Source of the DNA: Candidatus Roizmanbacteria bacterium RIFCSPHIGHO2_12_FULL_37_23
GTDB taxonomy: Bacteria > Patescibacteriota > Microgenomatia > UBA1406 > HO2-37-13b
Reading direction: 5' to 3'
Assembly: GCA_001788095.1 (NCBI GenBank)
Contig: MFZX01000031.1
Location: 9,736 to 73,735, forward strand
Length of the DNA: 64,000 bases
The notes under the pieces were generated by a model, which made no database searches, had not been told where the DNA came from, and worked only from the letters and a program-made list of their open reading frames with translations. Below, piece after piece: positions 8,296 to 17,038 of the stretch. Position numbers and translations under genes: made by a program. Position 1 is the stretch's first letter. Every line of letters begins with the position of its first letter.

Positions 8296-10483
8296 AAGCA
8301 TCAAAAACGACATGCTCTTGTCCTGCATCAGATGTTCCTGTTTCCATCCCACCGAGAAACACTCGCAATGCATCTTTGATTCTCTTTATTTGTTGGAAGT
8401 CTGCAGGATAGGGATTCTCCCATTGAAAGACTCTTCCAAGTTCTTGAACTGACTTCCCTTGTACATATCGATAATAGAGATACCTTTGTTGGTGTGCATT
8501 AAGGCTTTCTAGAAATCTGGTGAATCTAGTTGGATCATCTTGCGCAAAAGTACCTAATTCGCGAACATTCCGAGTCGCTAATTCGCCTCTCAATATTTCA
8601 ATATTTCCCCTATTTTGACCGCGGAATTCTCTAATGGATCTTGGTCTCCTCCTGTTCCTTCTTTTCTTAACTTCTCTTGGTTTTTCAAATTTATCTAATT
8701 GCATAGAACCTTTTCCTAAATACCTCTCAAGATGGGCAATGGCCCGATGCTGACGTGCTTTTGCTGCTCCGTAAGATGTTCCCATTACCCGAGCTATTTG
8801 ATCAGATCGTAAACCTCGCCATAATCTATTCCACAATAATGTTCGTTGTTCTGGCTCCAGATCTTGGAGCATTGCTAAGAATAGAGCTGGATCTTCTAAT
8901 TTTTCGCGTACTGCTGGATTGTGTGTATGTTGAAGCAAGCTGAGTCGAATATGTTCAGCGAGTATATCAGGCGGTGGCTCTGCAAATTCCACCCGCTTAG
9001 TTTTTTGAGTTGGTTCTGGCACAATTACTTCAACGGATTGATATGTGTTATAAGCAGTAACAACGCTTTGTATCGAAGACTCACCTAATGGTGTTGTGAC
9101 ATAAATACCATCCGTTATACGCATGAGTAAAGGACTATCTCCTTGGGTAAGTCTCTTATTAAGAGTCTCTCGTAATGTTTCTAATTCTAAACCTAATCTT
9201 TGAGCTGCAGCCCTACCATGATCTCTAAAAACGAATTGTCCATATCGACTTAGATATTCATTTACCACGGTTAAAATTTCTAGTTGATACTGGGGATAAC
9301 CAACATCCGCTGCAACTGTATTATCGGGATAAGGTATGGTCATATCAGCTTCCCCAGTTAGCATATCATAGAAATCTTTTGTTGGAATCATGAGCCTATA
9401 ACCACCTCGAGTATCTTCATGGACTATGCCAATTTGCTTAGCTAAATCCATTGCTCTGATAATTTGTTCTTTTGAAAAACCAGTTCCTTGATACATGTCA
9501 CGAAGTGAAACAGCTCGAACAATGTTTCTCCGCTCTTTTTCATCAGTTCGCGCAGCCAGAAGGGTTAGGCGTGCAACCATCGACGGAGAGATTGATTTTT
9601 CAGTTCCATCCACTTGTTCAAATTGGATTGTCCCACTATACGGATTAATCACACGAGATTCAGATGCGACCTCTGTTTCTGGAGTGGTTCGAACAGTTCG
9701 TGCCAAAAGAACTGGGTGGATTGTGTATTCGGTAGTCTGACCTCTTAATATTCTTTCTGCAGCAATTCCATTTCTAATCCCGTATCCAAATGCTGTCTTT
9801 TGACGCACAATTCCAAGAAGCGGTTCTTCTCCATGCGTCGCTATTTTATGCAGTATTTCTCTTACATACTCTTCTCTAAAGGGAACTTCTATATCAAGAT
9901 CGGCCATATCGTGATGTGGTAAAAAGACTTGGTGACTTTGAATGTATCGTAATATCGATGCAACAAGATCACGATGATACTCATGGATTTTATCTTGCCA
10001 TAAATCGGGCTGAGGAGGTGGAACCTTTCTTATATTTGTTCTTGAAACAAGGAGTTCTTGGAGTGTTGGTATGGGTACCGTCGGGCGATAGCCTGATGAA
10101 TATGTTCCAGTTCTCTTTTTAACAACGCCAAGTGCAGTTAGCTTATCTAAAGCATGTCTAACTTCAAAATTTGTTTGCGCACCTTGTGTCATCTCAGAAA
10201 CACGTCTTGCAGTAATCCATGGGTCAACGCCCTGATCTGTAAGAGCCGTTGCAACTCCGGTAAACAAGGCTCCAATATATCGATCAGTTACGCGCAATTG
10301 ACGCTCTTCACCTGTAAATTCGGAGTTCGCGATAATGGTCTGGGGTCCATAAGGAACTACTATTGGAACATTAACATATGCATCTCCTGGCTCAGCGGAA
10401 TCGGGTCTTAAGACGAAAAGAGAAGGTGTAGCTTCCAAACCAGGCGGGACATCTATAGTGTCTACTAATTCAGCACGACCCAT
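8279..10483 (-). CDS. large hypothetical protein with helix-turn-helix-like repeats and two sigma70 region-4-like domains
   Basis: LEPEQRTLLW..GLRSDQIARVMGTSYGAAKARQHRA and LNAHQQRYLYYRYVQGKSVQELG. Confidence 0.75.
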   Translation of the reverse strand: MGRAELVDTIDVPPGLEATPSLFVLRPDSAEPGDAYVNVPIVVPYGPQTIIANSEFTGEERQLRVTDRYIGALFTGVATALTDQGVDPWITARRVSEMTQGAQTNFEVRHALDKLTALGVVKKRTGTYSSGYRPTVPIPTLQELLVSRTNIRKVPPPQPDLWQDKIHEYHRDLVASILRYIQSHQVFLPHHDMADLDIEVPFREEYVREILHKIATHGEEPLLGIVRQKTAFGYGIRNGIAAERILRGQTTEYTIHPVLLARTVRTTPETEVASESRVINPYSGTIQFEQVDGTEKSISPSMVARLTLLAARTDEKERRNIVRAVSLRDMYQGTGFSKEQIIRAMDLAKQIGIVHEDTRGGYRLMIPTKDFYDMLTGEADMTIPYPDNTVAADVGYPQYQLEILTVVNEYLSRYGQFVFRDHGRAAAQRLGLELETLRETLNKRLTQGDSPLLMRITDGIYVTTPLGESSIQSVVTAYNTYQSVEVIVPEPTQKTKRVEFAEPPPDILAEHIRLSLLQHTHNPAVREKLEDPALFLAMLQDLEPEQRTLLWNRLWRGLRSDQIARVMGTSYGAAKARQHRAIAHLERYLGKGSMQLDKFEKPREVKKRRNRRRPRSIREFRGQNRGNIEILRGELATRNVRELGTFAQDDPTRFTRFLESLNAHQQRYLYYRYVQGKSVQELGRVFQWENPYPADFQQIKRIKDALRVFLGGMETGTSDAGQEHVVFDASTHQP

Positions 10484-10528
10484 TGTGGACTATTATATCA
10501 CACTACTTGTTTCATTAGCCTCAACCCT

Positions 10529-10563
10529 GCCTCAAATCCCACCTCGGGAGTGGGATTTGAGGC
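10529..10563. repeat. REP-like family A palindrome GCCTCAAATCCCAC-ctcggga-GTGGGATTTGAGGC
   Basis: Near-identical copies at 14282-14314, 16902-16930, 55676-55711, 57514-57552. Confidence 0.9.
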
Positions 10564-10568
10564 AAATA

Positions 10569-11396
10569 TTAATGAATATTAAAAAGTCTCAGTGCATTTT
10601 CTGTCGTTATTTTTACTAAATCTTCGATGCTCTCTCCTCGTAACTTCGCTACAAATTCAGCGATAATCGGAAGATTCACAGGTGTATTTGGGTATTGTTT
10701 TTGGGATCGTAAAGGTTCTGGTAGAAGAAATGGCGAGTCTGTTTCTAAGACAAGATGTTCTTGAGGGACCCGCATAATAAATTCCTGTTTTTTCCGTCCT
10801 GGAGGTGAATCATACGTTATATCTCCATCAACACCAATAAAAATATCATGGTTTTTAGCAAAACCTAATAATTCTTCCTCTGGTTCACAGCAATGAAAGA
10901 CTATTCTTCCTCTGAAATATTCCTCCCAATGCTCATTGAGAAGCCCCAGAAGATCATTTTTTGCTTCTCTATTATGTAGAATAACAGATTTTTTGTAATT
11001 CTTTGCAAGTTGTAATTGTTTAATTAAAAATTCTTTCTGAAGATTGAAAAACATTTCGTCAATGTGGTAGTTTTGATATTTAGTATCTTCATATACATGT
11101 TTATCAAGTCCAATCTCACCAACCGCTAAAACCTTCTTTTCCTGGAGAAAATTTTCAATAAATTGTAGTCGTGAAGTAAATTCAGTATGAGCTAAAAACA
11201 CATGATGCGGATGTATTCCCACCGCCGCAAAAACTGACTCATCGCGTGAAGCAATTTCCACAGCTTTCTGTGATGATTCCTCGTCTGTCCCCGGAACCAC
11301 AATGTACTTCACGCCTGACAGGTGTGATAGCCTCAACACATCATCAAGGGTTTTTGCAAAGCGTTTAAAATTGAGGTGCGCGTGGGTATCAAACAT
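10569..11396 (-). CDS. tatD: TatD family deoxyribonuclease
   Basis: MFDTHAHL, AVGIHPH, VGEIGLD, LHNRE, FHC, LETDSPFL. Confidence 0.95.
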   Translation of the reverse strand: MFDTHAHLNFKRFAKTLDDVLRLSHLSGVKYIVVPGTDEESSQKAVEIASRDESVFAAVGIHPHHVFLAHTEFTSRLQFIENFLQEKKVLAVGEIGLDKHVYEDTKYQNYHIDEMFFNLQKEFLIKQLQLAKNYKKSVILHNREAKNDLLGLLNEHWEEYFRGRIVFHCCEPEEELLGFAKNHDIFIGVDGDITYDSPPGRKKQEFIMRVPQEHLVLETDSPFLLPEPLRSQKQYPNTPVNLPIIAEFVAKLRGESIEDLVKITTENALRLFNIH

Positions 11397-11485
11397 GGTT
11401 AAAATAGGTTGGAATAAGTTGTAATAAGTTACAACAGGTTGCAATAGGTTCCGATTTTAACTAATTGATTATAACTGATCGTAAT

Positions 11486-12373
11486 CTACGTTGCAGGATA
11501 ATCTACCACTTTTGGAGGGATATATGGAGCTTTTTTGATAAATGTATTCATAATTTGTGGTAAAAGACTAAAACCAATAATAAACATGACAACAGCGAGG
11601 AAATAACCAATAATCGAAAGTATTATCCATCCTTTAGGTCTCTCTATAACCTTTGGTATTTTCAACAAGGAATATATTTCATACATATAGCTTATGAGAA
11701 ATGGACCAAAGAAAATGGACAGTACAAAATTAATTGCATTGAGAACAGCGCTGTCGACTGAAGCAAGAGAAATAACAATTATATAAAACAACGCATATAT
11801 GAGAACCAACCGACCAGCAATTCCCCAAAATCTCTGATTAATAAGTGACCTACTTATCCATAGATTATCAAGTCCAATCTTTTGTTTCTCAATGAAAACA
11901 ATGACTGAAAAAGCATTCCAGAAAACCCAGAGAAAGAATATTAATCCAAGACTCATAATGCCAAATGGCACAAGTCCCAGAAGGAAAAGATTCAAAGCAA
12001 TATTAAACCACACAAATCCCCATACTCGAGGACGTGTTTTTTTATACGTATCAATAACACCAATATTTTCTTTTTGAATTATTATGGTTGTTAGCGTGAG
12101 TTGGGACCAAGAAACAAGATAAATGATGACGAGAGCCCCGTATATAATCCCAATAATTGCAAGAAACGCAATAATAATGGTCGATATTGTTGTTTTAAGA
12201 GTAAAAAGAACTGCTGCAAAAAGCCCGACAATGAGGAAAACGACGGCTATACCAACGAAAATAATAATATATTGGATTATTGCTGCGATAAGGAAACTTA
12301 GGAAGCGATCTTTGGTTCGTTGTAGAGCTTTTCGTATAAGATTTTCTATCTGCCAGGGGTTGTTGGTAGCCAT
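11486..12373 (-). CDS. multi-pass membrane protein
   Basis: About 7 hydrophobic segments; TATACT before ATG 12373. Confidence 0.8.
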   Translation of the reverse strand: MATNNPWQIENLIRKALQRTKDRFLSFLIAAIIQYIIIFVGIAVVFLIVGLFAAVLFTLKTTISTIIIAFLAIIGIIYGALVIIYLVSWSQLTLTTIIIQKENIGVIDTYKKTRPRVWGFVWFNIALNLFLLGLVPFGIMSLGLIFFLWVFWNAFSVIVFIEKQKIGLDNLWISRSLINQRFWGIAGRLVLIYALFYIIVISLASVDSAVLNAINFVLSIFFGPFLISYMYEIYSLLKIPKVIERPKGWIILSIIGYFLAVVMFIIGFSLLPQIMNTFIKKAPYIPPKVVDYPAT

Positions 12374-12466
12374 ACTAGATTTAGTATAAAAGAACTCTGT
12401 AAAGAATGTCAATTATGTTTTCTAATGGTTTAGAATTCTGATAGAATGAGTTAGAATTACAATAAT

Positions 12467-13165
12467 ATGAAATGGAAAAGTAATATAACAAATCAGGTTC
12501 GATGGTCAGGTGATATCTCAAATAAAGAAAAAAAACAAGTAGTGGCTCAAAAAATTGCAGCACAGGTAAAAAACGGAGATATTATTGGAATAGGCTCAGG
12601 ATCAACCTCTTTCCTAGCACTCCAAGCTATAGGAGAACGGGTCCAAAAAGAAAATCTTTCGATAACTGCAATCACAACTTCATATGAGATGTTAATAACA
12701 TGCTCAGCACTCAATATTCCGACAACAACTCTTTTGCATGACCGACCAGATTGGTCTTTTGATGGTGCGGATGAAGTAGATCCAAACAATAACCTAATCA
12801 AAGGTCGCGGGGGTGCAATGTTTATTGAAAAAATTATGATTGTGAGCGCTCCAAAAACATTCATTCTTGTTGATGACACAAAGCTTGTTGAAAAGCTTGG
12901 AATAAAATTTCCTGTTCCTATTGAAATCTATCCTATGGCTATTAATGTTGTCGAAGAGAGACTTATGAAGATAGGAGCAAAAGAAATAGTGCTTAGACTT
13001 GCAAAGTCAAAAGATGGCCCAGTGATAACTGAAGGTGGAAATTTTATTCTTGATGTAAGATTTGAAAATATCGGAGATCAAACAGAGGTAGACATAAAGA
13101 AGATACCAGGAGTTATTGAATCAGGTCTATTTATAGGATATTCTGTAGAAGTCATCTCCACGTAG
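12467..13165 (+). CDS. rpiA: ribose-5-phosphate isomerase A
   Basis: GIGSGST, DGADEVD, LIKGRGGA, IPGVIESGLF. Confidence 0.96.
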   Translation: MKWKSNITNQVRWSGDISNKEKKQVVAQKIAAQVKNGDIIGIGSGSTSFLALQAIGERVQKENLSITAITTSYEMLITCSALNIPTTTLLHDRPDWSFDGADEVDPNNNLIKGRGGAMFIEKIMIVSAPKTFILVDDTKLVEKLGIKFPVPIEIYPMAINVVEERLMKIGAKEIVLRLAKSKDGPVITEGGNFILDVRFENIGDQTEVDIKKIPGVIESGLFIGYSVEVIST

Positions 13166-13339
13166 AATTACCCAAGGTTGTTTAGATTCGTAACCTGTTG
13201 CAGCTTTGATATGGTGTTGTCCGGGCAAGGAGCTTTTACGTCGTGAAGACGGTTTCCGCGAAGCGGTATAGCCACTTGCCCGAGACAAGCACCTTATGTA
13301 TCGGCTCGTGCCGAATTGTTGTGGAATCGCGATATCGCG

Positions 13340-13520
13340 CTAGGACAGCCGGCTGCCGCAGTGTACTTCCAGCTTCTTGAGGCTCCCTCCGCAGCCGTAG
13401 TGTGTCATGGTGTTCCAATCCACACCACTTGGGGGCACTGACTGGTGGCATCTGTTGCAGACGAAGTCTGCCACCACTTTGGCGCAACGATCGCCATCAT
13501 CCGGTCGGTCCACACTTCAT
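13340..13520 (-). pseudogene. Cys-rich paralog of 13769-13975, frameshifted by a 4-nt duplication (or intact from GTG 13513)
   Basis: AGGAGG 8 nt before ATG 13520; removing one ACCG copy gives MKCGPDDGDRCAKVVADFVCNRCHQSVPPSGVDWNTMTHYGCGGSLKKLEVHCGSRLS. Confidence 0.6.
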
Positions 13521-13534
13521 TTCGTCGACCTCCT

Positions 13535-13732
13535 TTAGATCGCCGAACCGAAGGGTTGACTTGGATCCTCAGGCATCACACGCCTACCTGTTGTAATCCA
13601 AATCATGTCGTAGCTTCCGCACTCCGGACAAACCTTGAAGTGGTGCCGCCATACCTTTTGGCAATCTGGACACCGTATTATGAAGGGGCCTTGTCTGCTC
13701 CGGCCCTTTTGTTTCCTCCCTGGTCTTGGCAT
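13535..13732 (-). CDS. small basic zinc-ribbon protein (65 aa)
   Basis: CPDC-x10-CPECGS; AAAGGA SD at 13743-13748. Confidence 0.75.
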   Translation of the reverse strand: MPRPGRKQKGRSRQGPFIIRCPDCQKVWRHHFKVCPECGSYDMIWITTGRRVMPEDPSQPFGSAI

Positions 13733-13768
13733 GAATACGAAGTCCTTTCTTTGGTTGGTTAGTCTCCT

Positions 13769-13975
13769 TTAAGAGACCAAGTCGTGATCGCAGAATACGG
13801 CTCTGCGCTCGCAGTGGCCTCCGCAGTCCGCATGGATGAGTGTGTCTACGACGAGATCTCCGTCATTGACATGCGCATAACACTTAGCGCATACCAGGGC
13901 GGGGATCCGCTGAAGACAAACACCCTGTTCGCGTTCTTGGTCACTCCTACGCTCACCGTGGATTGGACAATGCAT
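13769..13975 (-). CDS. small Cys/His-rich putative Zn-binding protein (68 aa)
   Basis: MHCPIH..VCAKC..HADCGGHC..FC; AAAGGAG SD upstream of ATG 13975. Confidence 0.75.
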   Translation of the reverse strand: MHCPIHGERRSDQEREQGVCLQRIPALVCAKCYAHVNDGDLVVDTLIHADCGGHCERRAVFCDHDLVS

Positions 13976-14281
13976 GACCTGCTCCTTTCGCGTTTTCGCG
14001 ATGCTGACTCTTATGTCTACGGCGATACTCTGGCACAGTCTTTTGGTCGTGTCGTATGATGGATCTTCGTGTTGGTGAAACTTCAGTCTATTCTGAAGAG
14101 CATGTTCCAAACATCTGTATTTTCCACAGCATTCCATCGCAGATGGTATGCTGCTGTTTTTCTCTTGATTGATAGATTGTAGGCTTTAGTACAAACCTCC
14201 GCCTCTCTATCTCGATGTACGAACACATATAGAACCACGGGAACAAAAGATGAAAAGTTTATTAAAACTCCCGAAATTAGA

Positions 14282-14314
14282 CTCGAATCCCACTCCCGAG
14301 GTGGGATTTGAGGC
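14282..14314. repeat. REP-like family A copy, in the loop of the unit-1 leader hairpin
   Basis: ctcgaatcccactcccgaggtgggatttgaggc. Confidence 0.85.
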
Positions 14315-14548
14315 AGAATTCATCCTCTATTTCCGTGACTCTATATAAATCTATCTTACGATTCCACAATGTGTTAAGGTGCTTTTTAAAAAATCCTATG
14401 AATCAATTATTCCCATGCGAAAAGGAAATAATGATTCAAAGAGTGAAACAATTATATTACTTGAGGCGAAGAATGTCAAAACTATGGGCTACAAAGTATA
14501 TACCAGTTGGAATGATTTATAATCAGTTATAATTTATTTTTAACAACG

Positions 14549-15250
14549 ATGCTTATCTACCCATCTATCCTTGAACCGACAGTTGACGACCTTTTTACCT
14601 ATCTTCAAACACTTTTTCCCGTCTTTAATCATTTCCAGATCGATATCGCAGATGGAAAGTTTGTACAAAGTAAAACCGTGCAGATAGAGGAAATAATAAA
14701 AAGTATTCAAAATTCAGACTTCAAAACCGAAAACAAAACATTTGAATTTCATCTTATGGTCAAAGATTATGAAAACGAGCTTAAGAAACTGGAGAAGCTT
14801 AAAGAGCGCGTGCGTATTCAACTGGTATTGATACATGTGGAAGCGCTTCAAAAGATACAAGCTATAAGCTCCAACTCGCAAATAACTCACAATCCGCAAT
14901 CTACAAATCACAGTTCGTTCGAACTCGGCCTTGCGCTCAACCCTGATACCTCAATTGAGTCCCACTGGCCGATCATACAACAACACACTACTGTCCAACT
15001 TATGACAGTCCATCCTGGACAACAAGGCTCCCCTTTTGTTCCTGAGGTTCTAGATAAAATCACTATTTTACGCGAAAAAGGTTTTAAAGGAGAAATTATT
15101 CTTGATGGTGCAATGAACGATAAAACGCTACCTATCATTCTTAGTAAGAAATATTGGCCAGACGCCATCTGTCCAGGAAGTTATTTTAAGCACAATCCAA
15201 AACAACAACTCGAGAAGTTGTCTAAAACAATCATTGACTATACAAGTTAA
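14549..15250 (+). CDS. rpe: ribulose-phosphate 3-epimerase
   Basis: IYPSIL, IDIADGKFV, EFHLMV, GLALNPDT, LMTVHPGQQG, LDGAMN. Confidence 0.9.
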   Translation: MLIYPSILEPTVDDLFTYLQTLFPVFNHFQIDIADGKFVQSKTVQIEEIIKSIQNSDFKTENKTFEFHLMVKDYENELKKLEKLKERVRIQLVLIHVEALQKIQAISSNSQITHNPQSTNHSSFELGLALNPDTSIESHWPIIQQHTTVQLMTVHPGQQGSPFVPEVLDKITILREKGFKGEIILDGAMNDKTLPIILSKKYWPDAICPGSYFKHNPKQQLEKLSKTIIDYTS

Positions 15251-16862
15251 GAATATCAGTTAAGCTAAACTGCCCATCCTGATTTTTATCAATTGGCCAC
15301 AGGGTATTCGCTTCCTCAATGTTTTCTCCCGGAGCAAAATGCATAAACCATTGTTGTGGCAAACTACCTTCTGCTATTAATACACACCGATACTCGTCAA
15401 CGAAGTTTACGCCTTCCACATGCTCAATTACTAATCTTCCAGCTTTAATCTGGCCGTTTTCGCGCGCTACGATTTGTTCGTTTTTATCAAAACACTGAAC
15501 CTCGGCGTTGGCTAATTCGACTTGGCCAGTAGGATAGCGTAAATCTGGAAACTCAAGAATTGGGGCTTGGTGAATACACGGTGTCCATTCAGCAAGCTCG
15601 AGAACAACTCGACCTTTTCGAGCTAATCCAAACCTTAATGTAGGACAACCCACCGTTCTCCCCGGATTCATGGTAAAAGTTGTCTTAAGCTCTTTTCCTG
15701 GCAAAACAATGTGGAAATCTGAAAAAGAATACTCAAATGACGGTCCAAGCAATACAAGCTCATATTCACCTCGGCGGATTGCATCGGTGCTTTTGTTTAT
15801 GAGAGAAATCTCTGTGGAAAAATCGAGGTTTTCAGCAAGATCGCGAACAAATGTGCCTGTTGTTGTTGCTCCAAAAGTAAATTCTGGCTCACCGACAATC
15901 TTTTGAGAAGAATATATAAATTCTCCTAATGGTGTCCGACTTTTATCTGAACAATTAACCATGGAGAAAGACGCAAAATTTCCATCACAGGCATTATATG
16001 TAAAAATATTGAACGATAATAACTTTTCGTCCTTTTCCCAAGCTGATATCGCTTTTTGTATATTTGCAAGTGTTTCTTCTCCAGTATCCCCACCTGTCTC
16101 AGTAACTATAACATTCATGCCAAGTGCATGATCGACACCAATTTGAAATAAATATTTCTTTTCAGCAATATAACTAGAGATAAGAGGACCGCCAAACATA
16201 TTATGGCCATTAAAATACGTATGAGTAGCAAGCGTTGAGACATTGTTAAAAATTGTTGGCTGGGCATTCAAAAGCTCTCGATAAAAAATCTTAGCATCGC
16301 AAAAAGTTGGAGGTCTATGCGGTGAGGCTTTATCAACTGGAGCTACCATAACTTCTGCATCTTTATCGACCTCAAGAATTTTTTGTTTCGTTATCTCAAA
16401 CCACTGTGCATATGCTGGAATATTACCTAAGCAATCTCCAGCGAGTTCATCACCCCTATTAAGTTCGTTTCCAAGTTGGTAATACCCATGCGATGGAGCA
16501 CGTGTGTTTTTGATAACATTTACGATGTATTCGGTTGTGCTCTCAGTTGGTAATTGCCAATTCCCACCATCATCGATATTCGTGGCAAAACGGATGATAT
16601 AAAGACACTTCTCTTCAAATGCAATATTGTATTCAGCTTGCAAATCCTCTGGTTTCATCTCTCCTTCTCGAATAACACGTACAAGACTTCCCCACTCTCC
16701 ACTATTTGCATTTACTGTTCTACATGCCTGACGAATTTCATCATGCGTCGGAGAGATAAGATGAGCGCCGTAAATATTCCGTGGTCGTCCTTGAGCCAAT
16801 ACATGTGGTGTTAAAAAAAGGGTACAAGCCATCAAAAACAGTAAAGCAATATATTTTCTCAT
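15231..16862 (-). CDS. secreted clan GH-A-like glycoside hydrolase domain protein
   Basis: Signal peptide, LGNELN acid/base-like and VTETG nucleophile-like motifs, C-terminal DKNQDGQFSLTD Ca-loop. Confidence 0.65.
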   Translation of the reverse strand: MRKYIALLFLMACTLFLTPHVLAQGRPRNIYGAHLISPTHDEIRQACRTVNANSGEWGSLVRVIREGEMKPEDLQAEYNIAFEEKCLYIIRFATNIDDGGNWQLPTESTTEYIVNVIKNTRAPSHGYYQLGNELNRGDELAGDCLGNIPAYAQWFEITKQKILEVDKDAEVMVAPVDKASPHRPPTFCDAKIFYRELLNAQPTIFNNVSTLATHTYFNGHNMFGGPLISSYIAEKKYLFQIGVDHALGMNVIVTETGGDTGEETLANIQKAISAWEKDEKLLSFNIFTYNACDGNFASFSMVNCSDKSRTPLGEFIYSSQKIVGEPEFTFGATTTGTFVRDLAENLDFSTEISLINKSTDAIRRGEYELVLLGPSFEYSFSDFHIVLPGKELKTTFTMNPGRTVGCPTLRFGLARKGRVVLELAEWTPCIHQAPILEFPDLRYPTGQVELANAEVQCFDKNEQIVARENGQIKAGRLVIEHVEGVNFVDEYRCVLIAEGSLPQQWFMHFAPGENIEEANTLWPIDKNQDGQFSLTDILNLYSQ

Positions 16863-16901
16863 ATTACATATTATACATTGAGTATTGAGTATCGCTGACA
16901 T

Positions 16902-16930
16902 TCCCACTCCCGAGGTGGGATTTGAGGCTA
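16902..16930. repeat. REP-like family A copy (partial)
   Basis: tcccactcccgaggtgggatttgaggcta. Confidence 0.8.
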
Positions 16931-17038
16931 AATTTTAAAAAGTTAATGTTTTTTTAATCTTTCTACGTTATCTCCCATGTTATTTCTACGTTATCCGTGC
17001 CTCTCGTTACGTTTCGTTGCGCTATAATTATACTCGTG

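Larger units (their letters stand above)
13200..14358 (-). other. boxA-led GC-rich transcription unit 1 (three small Cys-rich ORFs)
   Basis: TAAGAT -10 (14353-14358), 29-bp hairpin (14319-14347/14226-14254), boxA-like GTACATCGAGAT (14209-14220), structured leader, SD-led ORFs, 3' hairpin. Confidence 0.65.

Noticed and set aside
11401-11450. Five degenerate 10-nt tandem repeats (nnAAYARGTT) upstream of tatD
   Set aside because: Short, AT-rich and single-locus; function cannot be supported
13497-13520. UGA readthrough (genetic code 25) after MKCGPTG
   Set aside because: Other genes end in TGA (e.g. 5749, 41620, 51029), and the homologous sequence continues in a different frame
13236-14059. 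Plus-strand ORFs 13445-13762 and 13784-14059, and minus ORF 13236-13487
   Set aside because: SD sites and Cys-motif paralogy support other minus-strand frames
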